Positions 1 to 9,844 of a stretch of 64,000 nucleotides of DNA are shown here, piece after piece (position 1 is the first letter of the stretch; each line of letters opens with the position of its first letter). Made by a program: the position numbers and the translations under genes. The stretch is from Felis catus (Eukaryota). Location: positions 81,096,001-81,160,000 of the forward strand of contig NC_058385.1 in NCBI RefSeq assembly GCF_018350175.1, read 5' to 3'. The notes beneath the pieces are model-generated. The model saw only the letters and a list, made by a program, of their open reading frames with translations, made no database searches and was not told the origin of the DNA.

Positions 1-18
1 GCGCCACCCAGGCGCCCC
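1..18 (-). mobile_element. 5' head of a feliform CanSINE (SINEC_Fc-like), truncated by the window edge
   Basis: Reverse complement reads GGGGCGCCTGGGTGGCGC, the canonical CanSINE start. Confidence 0.8.
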
Positions 19-707
19 AGGGATGTCTTATTTGTGAGCAAGGCGGAGAAAGGGTAAGAGAGGAGGAAAGGGCGTGCTGCAGGGGGAGGGGAGAGGAAAT
101 GGTGGGCCAGGACGAGGGCCAGCGGCCACACCCGGGGACAAGAATGGACGGGGGTTGGGGGACAAAGCCAGGGTGGAGCTCTGCCCTTCGAGGGGCGCCC
201 CTGGGGGCCTTCCCCAGCCTGGCAGCGGGCCCCCGTGGGGAGGACTGGCTCTGGGACCTGGGGCAGCCCAGGGAGCCCTGGGCTGTGCGTTCCTACAGGC
301 TCTGGGTCTCTGCCCATCTGACAGCCACCTGCTCTGTATCTGCCCCAGACCCCCGCTGAGCCTGCTTGTCAGAGGGCAGAGGCACGTTGCCTGGACTGCG
401 GGCGGCCCTCCCTGCTTCCTGTCCGAGGGAGGTCCTGTGTGGGTCCCGACTGCGTCGCTCACAGTGGGGGCAGTGACGTGACTCCCCACGACGCCCAAGG
501 TGTGGTGGGGCGCTCCTTGCAGAACGAGTGGAAATGAGCAGGAGGGGGCACACTGGAGGCGGGTGGCCCAGCCCGGCCGGCCCAGACCCCAGAGCCAGGC
601 CCACGGCGCTCTGGGGCTGTGTTCAGCTGGCCTGCGCTGTGTGTGGGGACAGACCCAGATGATCTGAGCACCTGTGCGGGGGGTTTCCCCTTCACTGATG
701 GCCGGGG

Positions 708-1124
708 TGTGGGTCTTCTCCGCTGCCTCGACCACCACGACGTGGACGGCTCTCCACGCTCACTCTCTCGGCCTGGAGGCCGGAATCTGGCCTCACGCTG
801 TGGCGGGGCTGTGCCCTCGGCGTCTCTGGGGGAAGATCCTTCCCGCCTCTGCCACGCCCACTGTCCCCCGCAGGCTCTGTGTTGCCCTCGCACGGCCCCC
901 TTCTCCTCTGGGCCCCTCACGTGGCCCCCCTCCTGTGAGTGTCTGTGAGTCCCCCTCTTCTTCCAAGGACACCAGTCCCTGGGCTGAGGGCCCATTCTGC
1001 TCCGACTCGACCTCGTTGTGACTATTGATTTCGGCAGTGACCCTGTTCTCAAATTTGCTCCCGTTCTGAGGTTCTGGGGCCAGACCCTGACGCATCTTCT
1101 TAGGGTTCACTTCAGCCCACAACA
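708..1124 (-). mobile_element. MaLR LTR relic (MLT1B/MLT1C-like), strongly GC-shifted
   Basis: Colinear with recalled MLT1C antisense landmarks: gaagatccttcccgcctct, ccctcttcttccaaggacaccagtc, agggccca, gaccctgttctcaaat, ttctgaggttctgggg, and terminal ttcagcccacaaca. Confidence 0.75.
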
Positions 1125-3796
1125 AGGGTCCTGCCCAAGGCCCAGCTAGAGCACAGTGGTCCCAGGCGAGGGCCCACCGTGTCCTGCATCTCAGCAGGAT
1201 GACCGCCCCCCGCCTGAGACCCACCAGCCAGCAACAGGTGCGACCCTGTCTGGACACGGCTTTCAACCCCAGGCCCCCGTCGCTTGGGGCTCAGCCTGAT
1301 GCTCCTCGGAGGTCCCTTCCCGCCACTCAGCCCTGAGTCTGCAGTGTCCCCTCCCCGTGCCCCCTGTCCCTCCCCCTGCACACGCTGTCTTTCATGAAGC
1401 CCCAGCCTGCCCAGTCTCTCCAGGTGAGCCCATAGGGATCCCTTCCTGAGTGTGGCTGGTCTGTTTTTCTGGGGGAAGAAAAAGAAAAGCATCCTTCAAT
1501 TTTAGATACACGAGCCTCGGGGGCCAGGTGAGTGGTGACCCTGGCTACAGACACAGCCTCACTCCCCAAGAGCAGCCTGTGACCCAGGCGGGGCTCCCAG
1601 AGCGTCTCAGTGTCCTCGGACCTAGCGTCACGGATGCTGAGGGGGACGGCAAGAAGCCTGAGATGGAAAGGCTCAGACGTGAAGTTACGGGAGAGCCCCC
1701 TCCCCAAATAAGCTCCTCCCTGTTGGAGTCCTTTAGGTCCGGGCACCCCCGCGTCCCCTGCGCAAGCCCGGCCCCCAACGCCATTTCCCTGCCTGCCGCC
1801 GTCTGTCTTCCCAACCAGACTCGGCTCCGAGGGGCACCCCTCTGCCACCTCGGCCCGAAGCTGGCCCTCGGGAAATGTCTGCGAATGTCGCCGTCACCGA
1901 CGGGAACTGCGGGCAGATGAGGTGGTGACAAACTCAGGCTCGGAGAAGCCAAGTGCCGCGAGGCGCTCGTTGGGGACGGCTGTGCCGTGGAGGGGAGGGG
2001 ACGGCACCAGCAGTGAGGCCGGGTGGTGGGGCGGGCGGGGGGCCGCTGGGTTTCAGGTGGTGTCAGGTCGGGGAGGTGGGGGTGCGGGAACCCGTGATCG
2101 GGGTCCGGAGCCGGGGAGCCGCCCTGCAGCTGACCGGCCACGGCCACAGACACCGGCAGGGCAGTGGCTGCAGCCGCCAGGCCGGCACAGGCCGGGCCAA
2201 TGCAATAGCGGAAGGGGCCACGGGCCCCTCCCTCTCCCCTGCTTCCCTTAACCGCAGGTCCCCGACAGAGGAGAAGGGCCCCTCCTCTGTCCAGCCCGGA
2301 GGCACAGGATGAAAGGGTCTGCTCATTTGTGACTTTAATCCTTCGCTGTGATCTTATCTCTGGAAGCTTCATGTCTATCGATCCTGCGCAGGCATTAGCA
2401 GGGGGGCCTCAGCTATTAGCTCCCGTCGGCTCCGCAAAATGCCCATCGACTGACAACAGGCAGCAGGTCCCCGCTGGCCGCTGGCCCTGCAGCTCGAGTG
2501 GGATGCGGTGTAGCCGGCCCGCTGGGACCCCTCTTTCCCTGCCCCCCACCCCCCCGACCCCAGCCAGTGCCCGGCCGGCTCCCGCCTCACCATTGGGCCC
2601 TCCCCACTCGCCACGGGGCTTTCTTCCCAGGGTGGGCCCCCGGGGACCTCCGCTCTGGGTTGGACGGCCGTGTCCTCTCTGTCTCTGGGCGGTGTGCTCG
2701 CGTGGGCTCCGTAAAGGCCACAGCCGCTTGCTGAATGGTGGATGGTTGATCGGTGACGGCATCCTTACGGCACAGACCGCGGCCAACCACACATCCCCGG
2801 ACATCAGTTCGCCAGCGCGGCCGGGCGCTCACCCCCCGTTGCCGGGGCCCCTCCCTCCATCTGTTCCTTTTCCCAAGACCCCAAACGGAAGTCGCTCCAC
2901 TCTGGGCCCCGGAGGCTTCTCTCTGGGGGGCTCAGGAGCATCGGCCTCTGACCAAGCGGCCGCTGCTTGCAACCTTCAGAGGCTCTGCTGCCTCAGGGTC
3001 AAGTCCAGACCAGGTGGCCTGACCTGACCTGACACCCTTACCTGGCAGGGTGCCTCTCTCTCCAACCTGCCCAGGTCCACTTCCCATGCCGCTATCCCTA
3101 AGGCCTCATGGGAGGTCCACCTCCTCCAGGAAGTCTTCCTGGTGCCCCGGTGGGACAGCTGCTTCCTCCCCAGGTGGCCGAGGGCTCGGCTGCTCTCATC
3201 CGACTGTAGGTCCCGACAGAGGGTCTACGTCCTTCCTGGGCCACACTTCCCACTTGGTGGTGACCCGGCCACCCTTGTGTTCAGAACACTGCCTTCATCG
3301 AGGCTGGCTTCATGTGGAGGGGACACAGCTTGGGGCCAATGACGAACTGAACTAGTGGCGTTAATTCAGAAGACGCAATATCTCTTGCCACTTGTTATGC
3401 CCAAGGACACCCCAGGAAGGGGTCCCAGGAGCCAACGGAATCCCCCCTCAAGGCGGGGGTCCAGGGAAAGAGCTGCTTGGCCCCCGCTGGCGGGACATAC
3501 GGCCTCCGGAATGAGTGGGAGGGGTGGCCATGCCCAGCACGGTGGGCACCAGGTAGGGACGCCCGCTGCAGCCAGGGTAGGATTAGACTGGTCAGACCTG
3601 GCCTGAGCTCCAGCCCTCTGCTGGTGCCGTCCTCGGGGACCTCAGGCCTGGCAGAGAGAGCCACGGTCCAGCCTCACCAGACTTCTGCCCAGACCCCAGG
3701 GACAGAAAGGAGGCCCTGGGAGAGACGGACGCTGGCATCAGGGACCCAGCTCCGACTCACATGGTCTGCGTGACACTGTGAAGAGCCTGCCTCCTT

Positions 3797-3829
3797 CCCT
3801 CACGTGTGGGGACGTGACACACGTGAGGG
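3797..3829. repeat. Perfect 12-bp inverted repeat with 9-nt spacer, carrying two CACGTG E-boxes
   Basis: CCCTCACGTGTG (3797-3808), spacer GGGACGTGA, CACACGTGAGGG (3818-3829). Confidence 0.9.
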
Positions 3830-4417
3830 GAGCTCTGGATGAATGAGATGGGGCCTGCAGGCCTGGGGACAAGGCACCTGCTCACCAAAGGCTGGAGCCC
3901 CGGGCCCTGGGCAGCTGGGGACTGTCACCCTGAGCAGGACCCGCCTCCCTGCCAGCCTCCAGCCTGCCTGCAAGGGATGGGGGGCGGGGGGACAAGGTCT
4001 GTATTTATGTTAAGTGTGAGGGCGAATGCCTTGTCCCGTCTGGGCTGGGAGCTGCTCCCCGCGGACAAGTCGTTCTGGGCTGTTCCGTGCCAGCCCAGCA
4101 CTGGTTACAAGGGAGGGGGCAGGTTCACCTGCAGGCTCCTTCCCGGCCGGCAAATCTCCTGCGAGCGACAGAGGCTCAGAGCAGGCTTAGGAGAGTTTGC
4201 CAAGGCTTAGAGGAAAGCCAGGCTCAGGAGCAGACGGTAGAGGCCATAACTGTCCTCGTGGCCCTGCCCCGGACACAGCCCCGCGGGCCTGGCTGAGGCG
4301 CAGCTGCTCTGGAGGGGAGGGGGCCCTACCTCTGGTGACCCTGGACCTGAAAAGGACCCGAGAGAAGCAAAGGAACAGATGGAAGAAAGTGAATCCTGAC
4401 ATGATTATGGGCTGAAG

Positions 4418-4627
4418 CCTGACCCAGGTCACATGTTGGGCTCTGAACCTAGTCACATGCTGAGCCCCGATCTTGGTCACATGTTGAGCCCTGACCCTGG
4501 TCGTATGCTGACCCCTGATCCTGGTCACATCCTGAGCCCAGACCCTGGTCACATGCTGACCCCTGACCCTGGTCACATGCAGAGCCCCGACCCTGGTCAC
4601 ACGGAGCCCTGACCTTGGTCCCTGAGC
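4418..4627. repeat. 24-bp minisatellite, about 8.5 copies, consensus CCTGACCCTGGTCACATGCTGAGC
   Basis: Unit directly visible; the overlapping ORFs show an 8-aa periodicity (HVTRVRAQ; CDQGQGSA). Confidence 0.95.
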
Positions 4628-4894
4628 AGCCATGGTCTGCCCCAGCAGAGATCCGGAGGCCTGTGCCTAGGGCAGCTCGTCCACACTCTGAGATTCTGGG
4701 AGAACGGACTTGTCCCAGTGCAGGAGCTTGTGTCCCTTGCACATGGGGTCTGTGGGGCTTCTTCTCAGCCGTAGCAGTAGACGTTGAAGGAGACAGGACT
4801 GAGAAGGAGACAGCCTTGCCTCAGACTGGGGACTTGACCAGGTTCACTGCAGAACCTGTTACCCGATGCCTTGAGCAGTGGGCAGAGTGAGTCT

Positions 4895-4990
4895 GACCCC
4901 GTTACGGGTGGGGAAACTGAGGCTCAGTCATTCAGAGTCACTGGTCCCGTTGGATGCAGTCTGGCTCCTGAGCCACACTCTGGGCTCCAC
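4895..4990 (-). mobile_element. MIR fragment
   Basis: MIR core motif ggggaaactgaggctcag. Confidence 0.55.
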
Positions 4991-6042
4991 TCTCACCCTC
5001 GGGGCCTCCCCACCTCCAGCCAGGGTGTCCCCCAGGCCCGGGACAGATGCTTCCTGATGAGCACCCACGGGTGGTGCCAGGCCCTGGGGTGTCTCACGTG
5101 CCGGAGAGAGAGCCCTGCTGTTTCCGGCGGCCTGGGTGTCAGCCTCCCCGACGCCCACGTGGCCTTGCTGGGTCCCCATCCTGGACGGGGCTCTGCAGGT
5201 GCAGGGATGGTGTCCACCGGGCCCGGCCCTCTGCCTGCAGGACAGACCAGCCCCCTTCCCTTGCTTCTGTCTGAACCTCACGGCTTCGTGCCCCAGGACG
5301 CTGACGGACGGTCACCTGGGAGAGGGCCTTCTCCTCCCTGGACCTCCAAGGTCCAGGGGCCCGGCCCTCAGAGACACACTTCACGGCCTCGGGTCCCAGG
5401 TCCCGGACAGCAGGAGCCCGGGCCAGGCCATCCTGGCACAGACGTGCCATCTGAATGTGCTCAGGCGTCCCGCTCACATAAACATGCAGCCTTTAAAATT
5501 TAATAAAAAACATACCAATTATAAAAGCTATTTACCCAGTCAAATCAATCATGGGCCTTGGCGTGTTTATGCCCGAACACCTGATTTCAGCTCGTAAGTC
5601 ACTTTTACACCCTCTTTAGCTCCTAACTACCCACACGAGCTGGCAGCACGTCAGGAGTGATGGGGCCCACCTTGCTCGGCACACGCCCCCGGCGCCCAGA
5701 GCCGGGGAGTCAGACTGCCTCTGGGGGAGCCAGGACTCAGACCGTCTCGGCTTCCTGTCCGGAGCCCCCCCAGCCCCCCACCCTGTGCGGATCGTAGAGC
5801 CCAGCCTCACCTCCTCCAGGAAGCCTTCCGTGCCCTTCTCAACTCAACGCGTTCCCTCTCTTCCCGACGGGCACACGTGCCTGCCATCTCCACGTCCCCG
5901 AGGACCGCGCTCAGTCTCTCGTCACCCACCGCCGTGGCCGAGGGCCTCCACCTCCAGGAGGCTGCTTTCATTGCAGGGAGCATTGCAAAGAGGGTCGGCT
6001 GTGCTGTCCTGCTCACGGCACTTGCACACCTGCAGACGCTCG

Positions 6043-6084
6043 AGGGACATTCCCGGGGAAGGGACATTCCTGGGGAAGGGACCT
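6043..6084. repeat. 17-bp tandem duplication (about 2.4 copies) containing GGGACATTCC twice
   Basis: AGGGACATTCCCGGGGA / AGGGACATTCCTGGGGA / AGGGACCT. Confidence 0.85.
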
Positions 6085-6789
6085 GTGGGCGAGGGGAGGA
6101 CACGCCTGCGCTGAGGCCCCGCCAGCCGGACTCTGGAGTGTCGTGTTGATCGGAGGAGGGGGGTGCGGGCTGAAGAAACGTCCAGGCCGAAGCGGGGACG
6201 GGGAGACGCGGGTGACCGCAGATCTGCTATTCCCTCTGAGCGGACATGGCCTGGCCGAGGGACCTTCGGCAGACCCCTGACCCCTCTGAGCCGCAGTCGC
6301 CTTACCTGCTGAGCAGGAGTGAGTCAGAGCGCGGCGGGTGGCTGATCCTGCTACCCAGTGACGTGCACCAGGCCGGTGTCTTCTGCTGTCATCCCTGGCG
6401 TTTTTCAGGAGGCAGCTGGGCCTGGTGGCTGAGTGCACAGACTTTGACATTAAATCCACTTGGACTGGAGCCCCAGCTCTGCTACTCGCTTTGCCACAGG
6501 CTCCCTATGGCAACCCAAGTGTCGAAAGCAAATGCCTCTCGGGGTTGGAGACGCGCAGTGGGATTTACAGGTGATGGACGGAGCCGATGCAGCCTCGATG
6601 GGTTAGAAGAAAAAACTCCCAGGCTTCGGATGAAGCGAGACCATCGGGGGACTTTGTCCGTAGCAGCCGGCTGTGAAATGCTTCCAAAATTTGGAGCCCC
6701 TGTGCCTACCGAGGTGGAGTGGACACAGGCAGGGACGGGGGCCCTGCTCTGCCCTGAGCCTGGGACCTCAGCTCACCGTGGGTCACCTC

Positions 6790-6905
6790 CACACTTCCAT
6801 CTCTAACAGGGACCCTGACACACCTCCCTCGTGGTTGGTGCAAGGATTAAGACACTGGGGATGAGCGGGTGGCGTGGCGCCCGCCACACGATAACGCTCA
6901 CGGCA
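6790..6905 (+). mobile_element. MIR 3' half, GC-shifted
   Basis: ggttggtgcaaggattaa ... gcccgccacacgataacgctca resembles MIR gggttgttgtgaggattaa ... gcctggcacatagtaagcgctca. Confidence 0.5.
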
Positions 6906-7479
6906 GCGCCGCCGGTGACATTTAACTATTAGGCGCTTGCTGTGCACCGGGTGATAAGCTAGGCGGTGTGCACAACCCCTCGTGTTTAATCTTTCCGACT
7001 GTACATTGGAATTTTATAAGAAAGCCTCACGCGCACTTCCCATTTCCCCACTTGCAGCTGGACTCGGCGCTGTCACCGGGACTCAAAATAGCAGCGGCAT
7101 CAGGAAGCGGCTTATTCGTCTTGGCGACCCACCGAGCACGGCCTCCCTTCCCAAAGCCCCTTCGTGGCGCCACAGGGGCGTCGCACGTCCGGGACCCAGG
7201 CAGGGAGAGGCAAGCTGTGCGTGGCGGCTGGCTTTTACCGCGGCCCCCGAAGCTGCCCGCAGACGCTTGTGTTCACAGCCCCCGCCCAGAGCTGGGGGCA
7301 CCGGGCCACATCCGGCTGCAAGGGAGGGGGCACCGTGCGTGCCCGGCTACAGGTTCTATTCAGGAGCGGGGAGAAGGGGCGTCACAGGACGGCCAGCGGC
7401 TCTGACACACCCCTGCTGGATCCTGATTTTAGCTGGTGTATCTAAGGAAGCTAACCCTTGATGTCAAGCAGGATTTCTT

Positions 7480-7683
7480 GGGGGCCGGGGGGCTCCGTTG
7501 GTTGAGTGTCAGACTCTTGATTTTGGCTCAGGGTTGTGATCCCGGGGCTGTGGGATCGAGCCCTGCGTCGGGGCTCTGTGCTGAGTGTAGAGCCCGCTTG
7601 GGACTCTCTGTCTCCTTCTCTCTCTCTCCCTGCCCCTCCCCCACTCGTGTTGTCCACGTGCTTTCTCTCTCTGTCTCTCAAAA
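7480..7683 (+). mobile_element. CanSINE (older feliform/carnivore subfamily) with perfect 14-bp TSD
   Basis: tRNA-derived head, CT-rich segment and short A tail; TSD AAGCAGGATTTCTT at 7466-7479 and 7684-7697. Confidence 0.92.
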
Positions 7684-7685
7684 AA

Positions 7686-7903
7686 GCAGGATTTCTTAAC
7701 CCTGACACTATTAATATTTTGGGCTGGACGATTCTTTGTTGTTGGGGGGCGGGCACAGGACCTTTGCTGCGCACGCAGGGTGTTTAGCCGTAACCTCAAC
7801 CCCTGTCCACCCGACGCCCGTAGCGTCCCCTCTCCTAGTTGTGACAACCCAAAGTTGCCAGACGCTCCCTGCGGGGGGCGGTGCCCTTGGTTGAGGACCA
7901 ACA
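7686..7903. mobile_element. MER20 hAT-Charlie DNA transposon
   Basis: cactattaatattttgggctggacgattctttgttgt ... agttgtgacaacc ... ggttgaggacca follows the recalled MER20 consensus end to end. Confidence 0.88.
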
Positions 7904-7974
7904 ATGATGGCTTAAGAAGAAAGTCCGTTCGGGGGGGGGGGAGCAAGTCAAACAAGCAGCAGAGACACGGCGGC

Positions 7975-8411
7975 GGTCCACGTGTCCACGGACAGATGGC
8001 TGGATGAGCAAATGTGGTCCATCCACATAATGCAAAATGACTCAGCCTTTAAAAGGAAGGAAATTCTGACGCCCGCTACAGCATGGATGGACCTGGGGGG
8101 GCATCTGCTCAGTGAGATGAGCCCGTCCCAGAGGGCCCACTGCACGGTCCCACTGCTGTCGCCCAGTGTCGTGGAGTTCACGCAGGCACGTGAACGGGGT
8201 GGGGCCGCGAGGGGCCGCAGGGCGCCGGCCCCTAACGGCGTGCAGGGGTTTAATGGGCGTGGGGCTTCTGGTTCCCGAGACGAGAAGCGTTCTGCAGGCG
8301 GAGGGCGGTGATGGAGGTGATGGGATATTAGGGACCTATTGGACACCGCTCGACCGTACCTTTAAGAACGGTTACGAAGGCACATTTTATGCTGTGTGTA
8401 TGTTACCACAG
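7975..8411 (+). mobile_element. L1MB-type LINE-1 3' end, heavily GC-shifted
   Basis: aaatgtggtccatccacataatg, tcagcctttaaaaggaaggaaattctgac, catggatggacct and terminal attttatgctgtgtgtatgttaccaca are L1MB 3' landmarks. Confidence 0.85.
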
Positions 8412-8699
8412 TCAAGCACCCTGGGAACGTGCGATGGGGCCACGAACAGTTCCCGGAGGCCCGGCCCCAGCGCCTCACTGCCCCCATCGCCTCACCGCCA
8501 GCCCGGGCCGGAGGGGGGCCGAGGGGAGAGGAAGGGCCTGGGGCCCGGGCACGTCTCTTCCCAGTGAGTCACAAGTGGGCATTCTGCTCGCCCCCTGGGT
8601 CCGGGTTCCCACATAACCCCCAGATCTGAGATCACAGTATCCAAACACACATCCCAAATCAGTAAACCTAAAGCCAGATGGAACGGAACGTTCCCTGAA

Positions 8700-9608
8700 A
8701 CATGAAAGGGGAGGACAATTTAAGATTAGAAATGATTGACAAATTCACCAGGAAAAAGGACAGGTTGAGTCACGTAAAAATGGGGAAGTTCTGCACCCAG
8801 CAAACACGCACACACAAAATCAACTGAAACGTGGAAAAGTACCCTCGGCAAACACAGCATCCTAATTGTTAATATCTTTCCTGCGTAAAGAGTCTATAAA
8901 ACGTGGTAAGTATCCTCAAACAGATTATTGGGCAAAATACACGGGTACCCAATTCACAGGGAACCTGAATATAATTAGGAAAACAAACATGGGGGAAAAA
9001 AACCCTCCCTCACTAGTAATAAAGGAAACATGCATTGGCACAAAGTACTCCTTCTTGTTAGTAAGGGGACAGACATTAGAACACAGTAATGTCTGAGGTT
9101 TGCCGTGGAATTGACAGACAGCTGGGGAGCGGGGACCGCAGCCCGGCAGGCCCTGGGGACAGACGACTGGTGATGCACACCACATGCCTACAAACGCTCC
9201 CTTCGACCCACAATTTAATTTCTAGGAGGCTATCCTGAGGAAGTCATCCCAAATACAAAAATATGTATTTTTAGCAAAATAATTTGGAACAGCCTAAGTG
9301 TCTGAACATGGGGAATGGTTAAGTAAAGAGTGGTTTATCCAGTTGAAAGAATATTACAGCCATTAAAAATAATGTACGTACAGAGGACGCTTGCGGGGAG
9401 CAAAACGCAGAATCCCAACGGGCAATATGACATGATATGATGCCAACCATGTGAGAAGACTTCACGTCCATATTTAAGAAGTCTCTGGAAAAAAGCGCGT
9501 CTAAAAATAATGCCCCCGAGGCCAGCAGTGGTGAGGCTTGTGTGCTGAGGCTCTGGGCAAAGCCTTGTTTATTTTATTCTTTGTTATTTTCCAAAGCTTC
9601 CCGTACTT
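8700..9608 (+). mobile_element. Ancient L1 (L1ME-like) ORF2 3' end / 3' UTR relic
   Basis: A-rich strand bias; cctcactagtaataaaggaaacatgca, cccttcgacccacaatt..ttctagga, ggaacagcctaagtgtc, gggaatggttaagtaaa, gaatattacagccattaaaaa. Confidence 0.75.
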
Positions 9609-9623
9609 GATGGTAGAACTTTT

Positions 9624-9844
9624 TTCTTTTTAAGTTTATTTATTTATTTCGAGAGAGAGTGCAAGTGGGGTAGATGCAGAGAGAGAGAGGGGAGAGAGAG
9701 AGAGAGAGAGAGAGAGAATCCCAAGCAGGCTCCCACCGCCACCGCAGAGCCTGACGCAGGGCTCGAACCCACGAACCGTGAGATTGTGACCTGAGCTGAA
9801 ATCGAGAGTCGGGCGCTCAACCAACTGAGCCACCCAGGCGCCCC
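9624..9844 (-). mobile_element. Feliform CanSINE with TSD
   Basis: Ends ...gagccacccaggcgcccc with (GA)n segment and T tail; TSD GATGGTAG[A/T]ACTTTT at 9609-9623 and 9845-9859. Confidence 0.95.

Noticed and set aside
4187-4742. ORFs with 8-aa repeats (HVTRVRAQ; CDQGQGSA)
   Set aside because: By-product of the 24-bp minisatellite; no gene context.
4871-5507. 210-aa ORF ending at an AATAAA
   Set aside because: Non-ATG start, begins in a MIR relic, has a composition typical of random GC-rich ORFs, and shows no homology I recognise.
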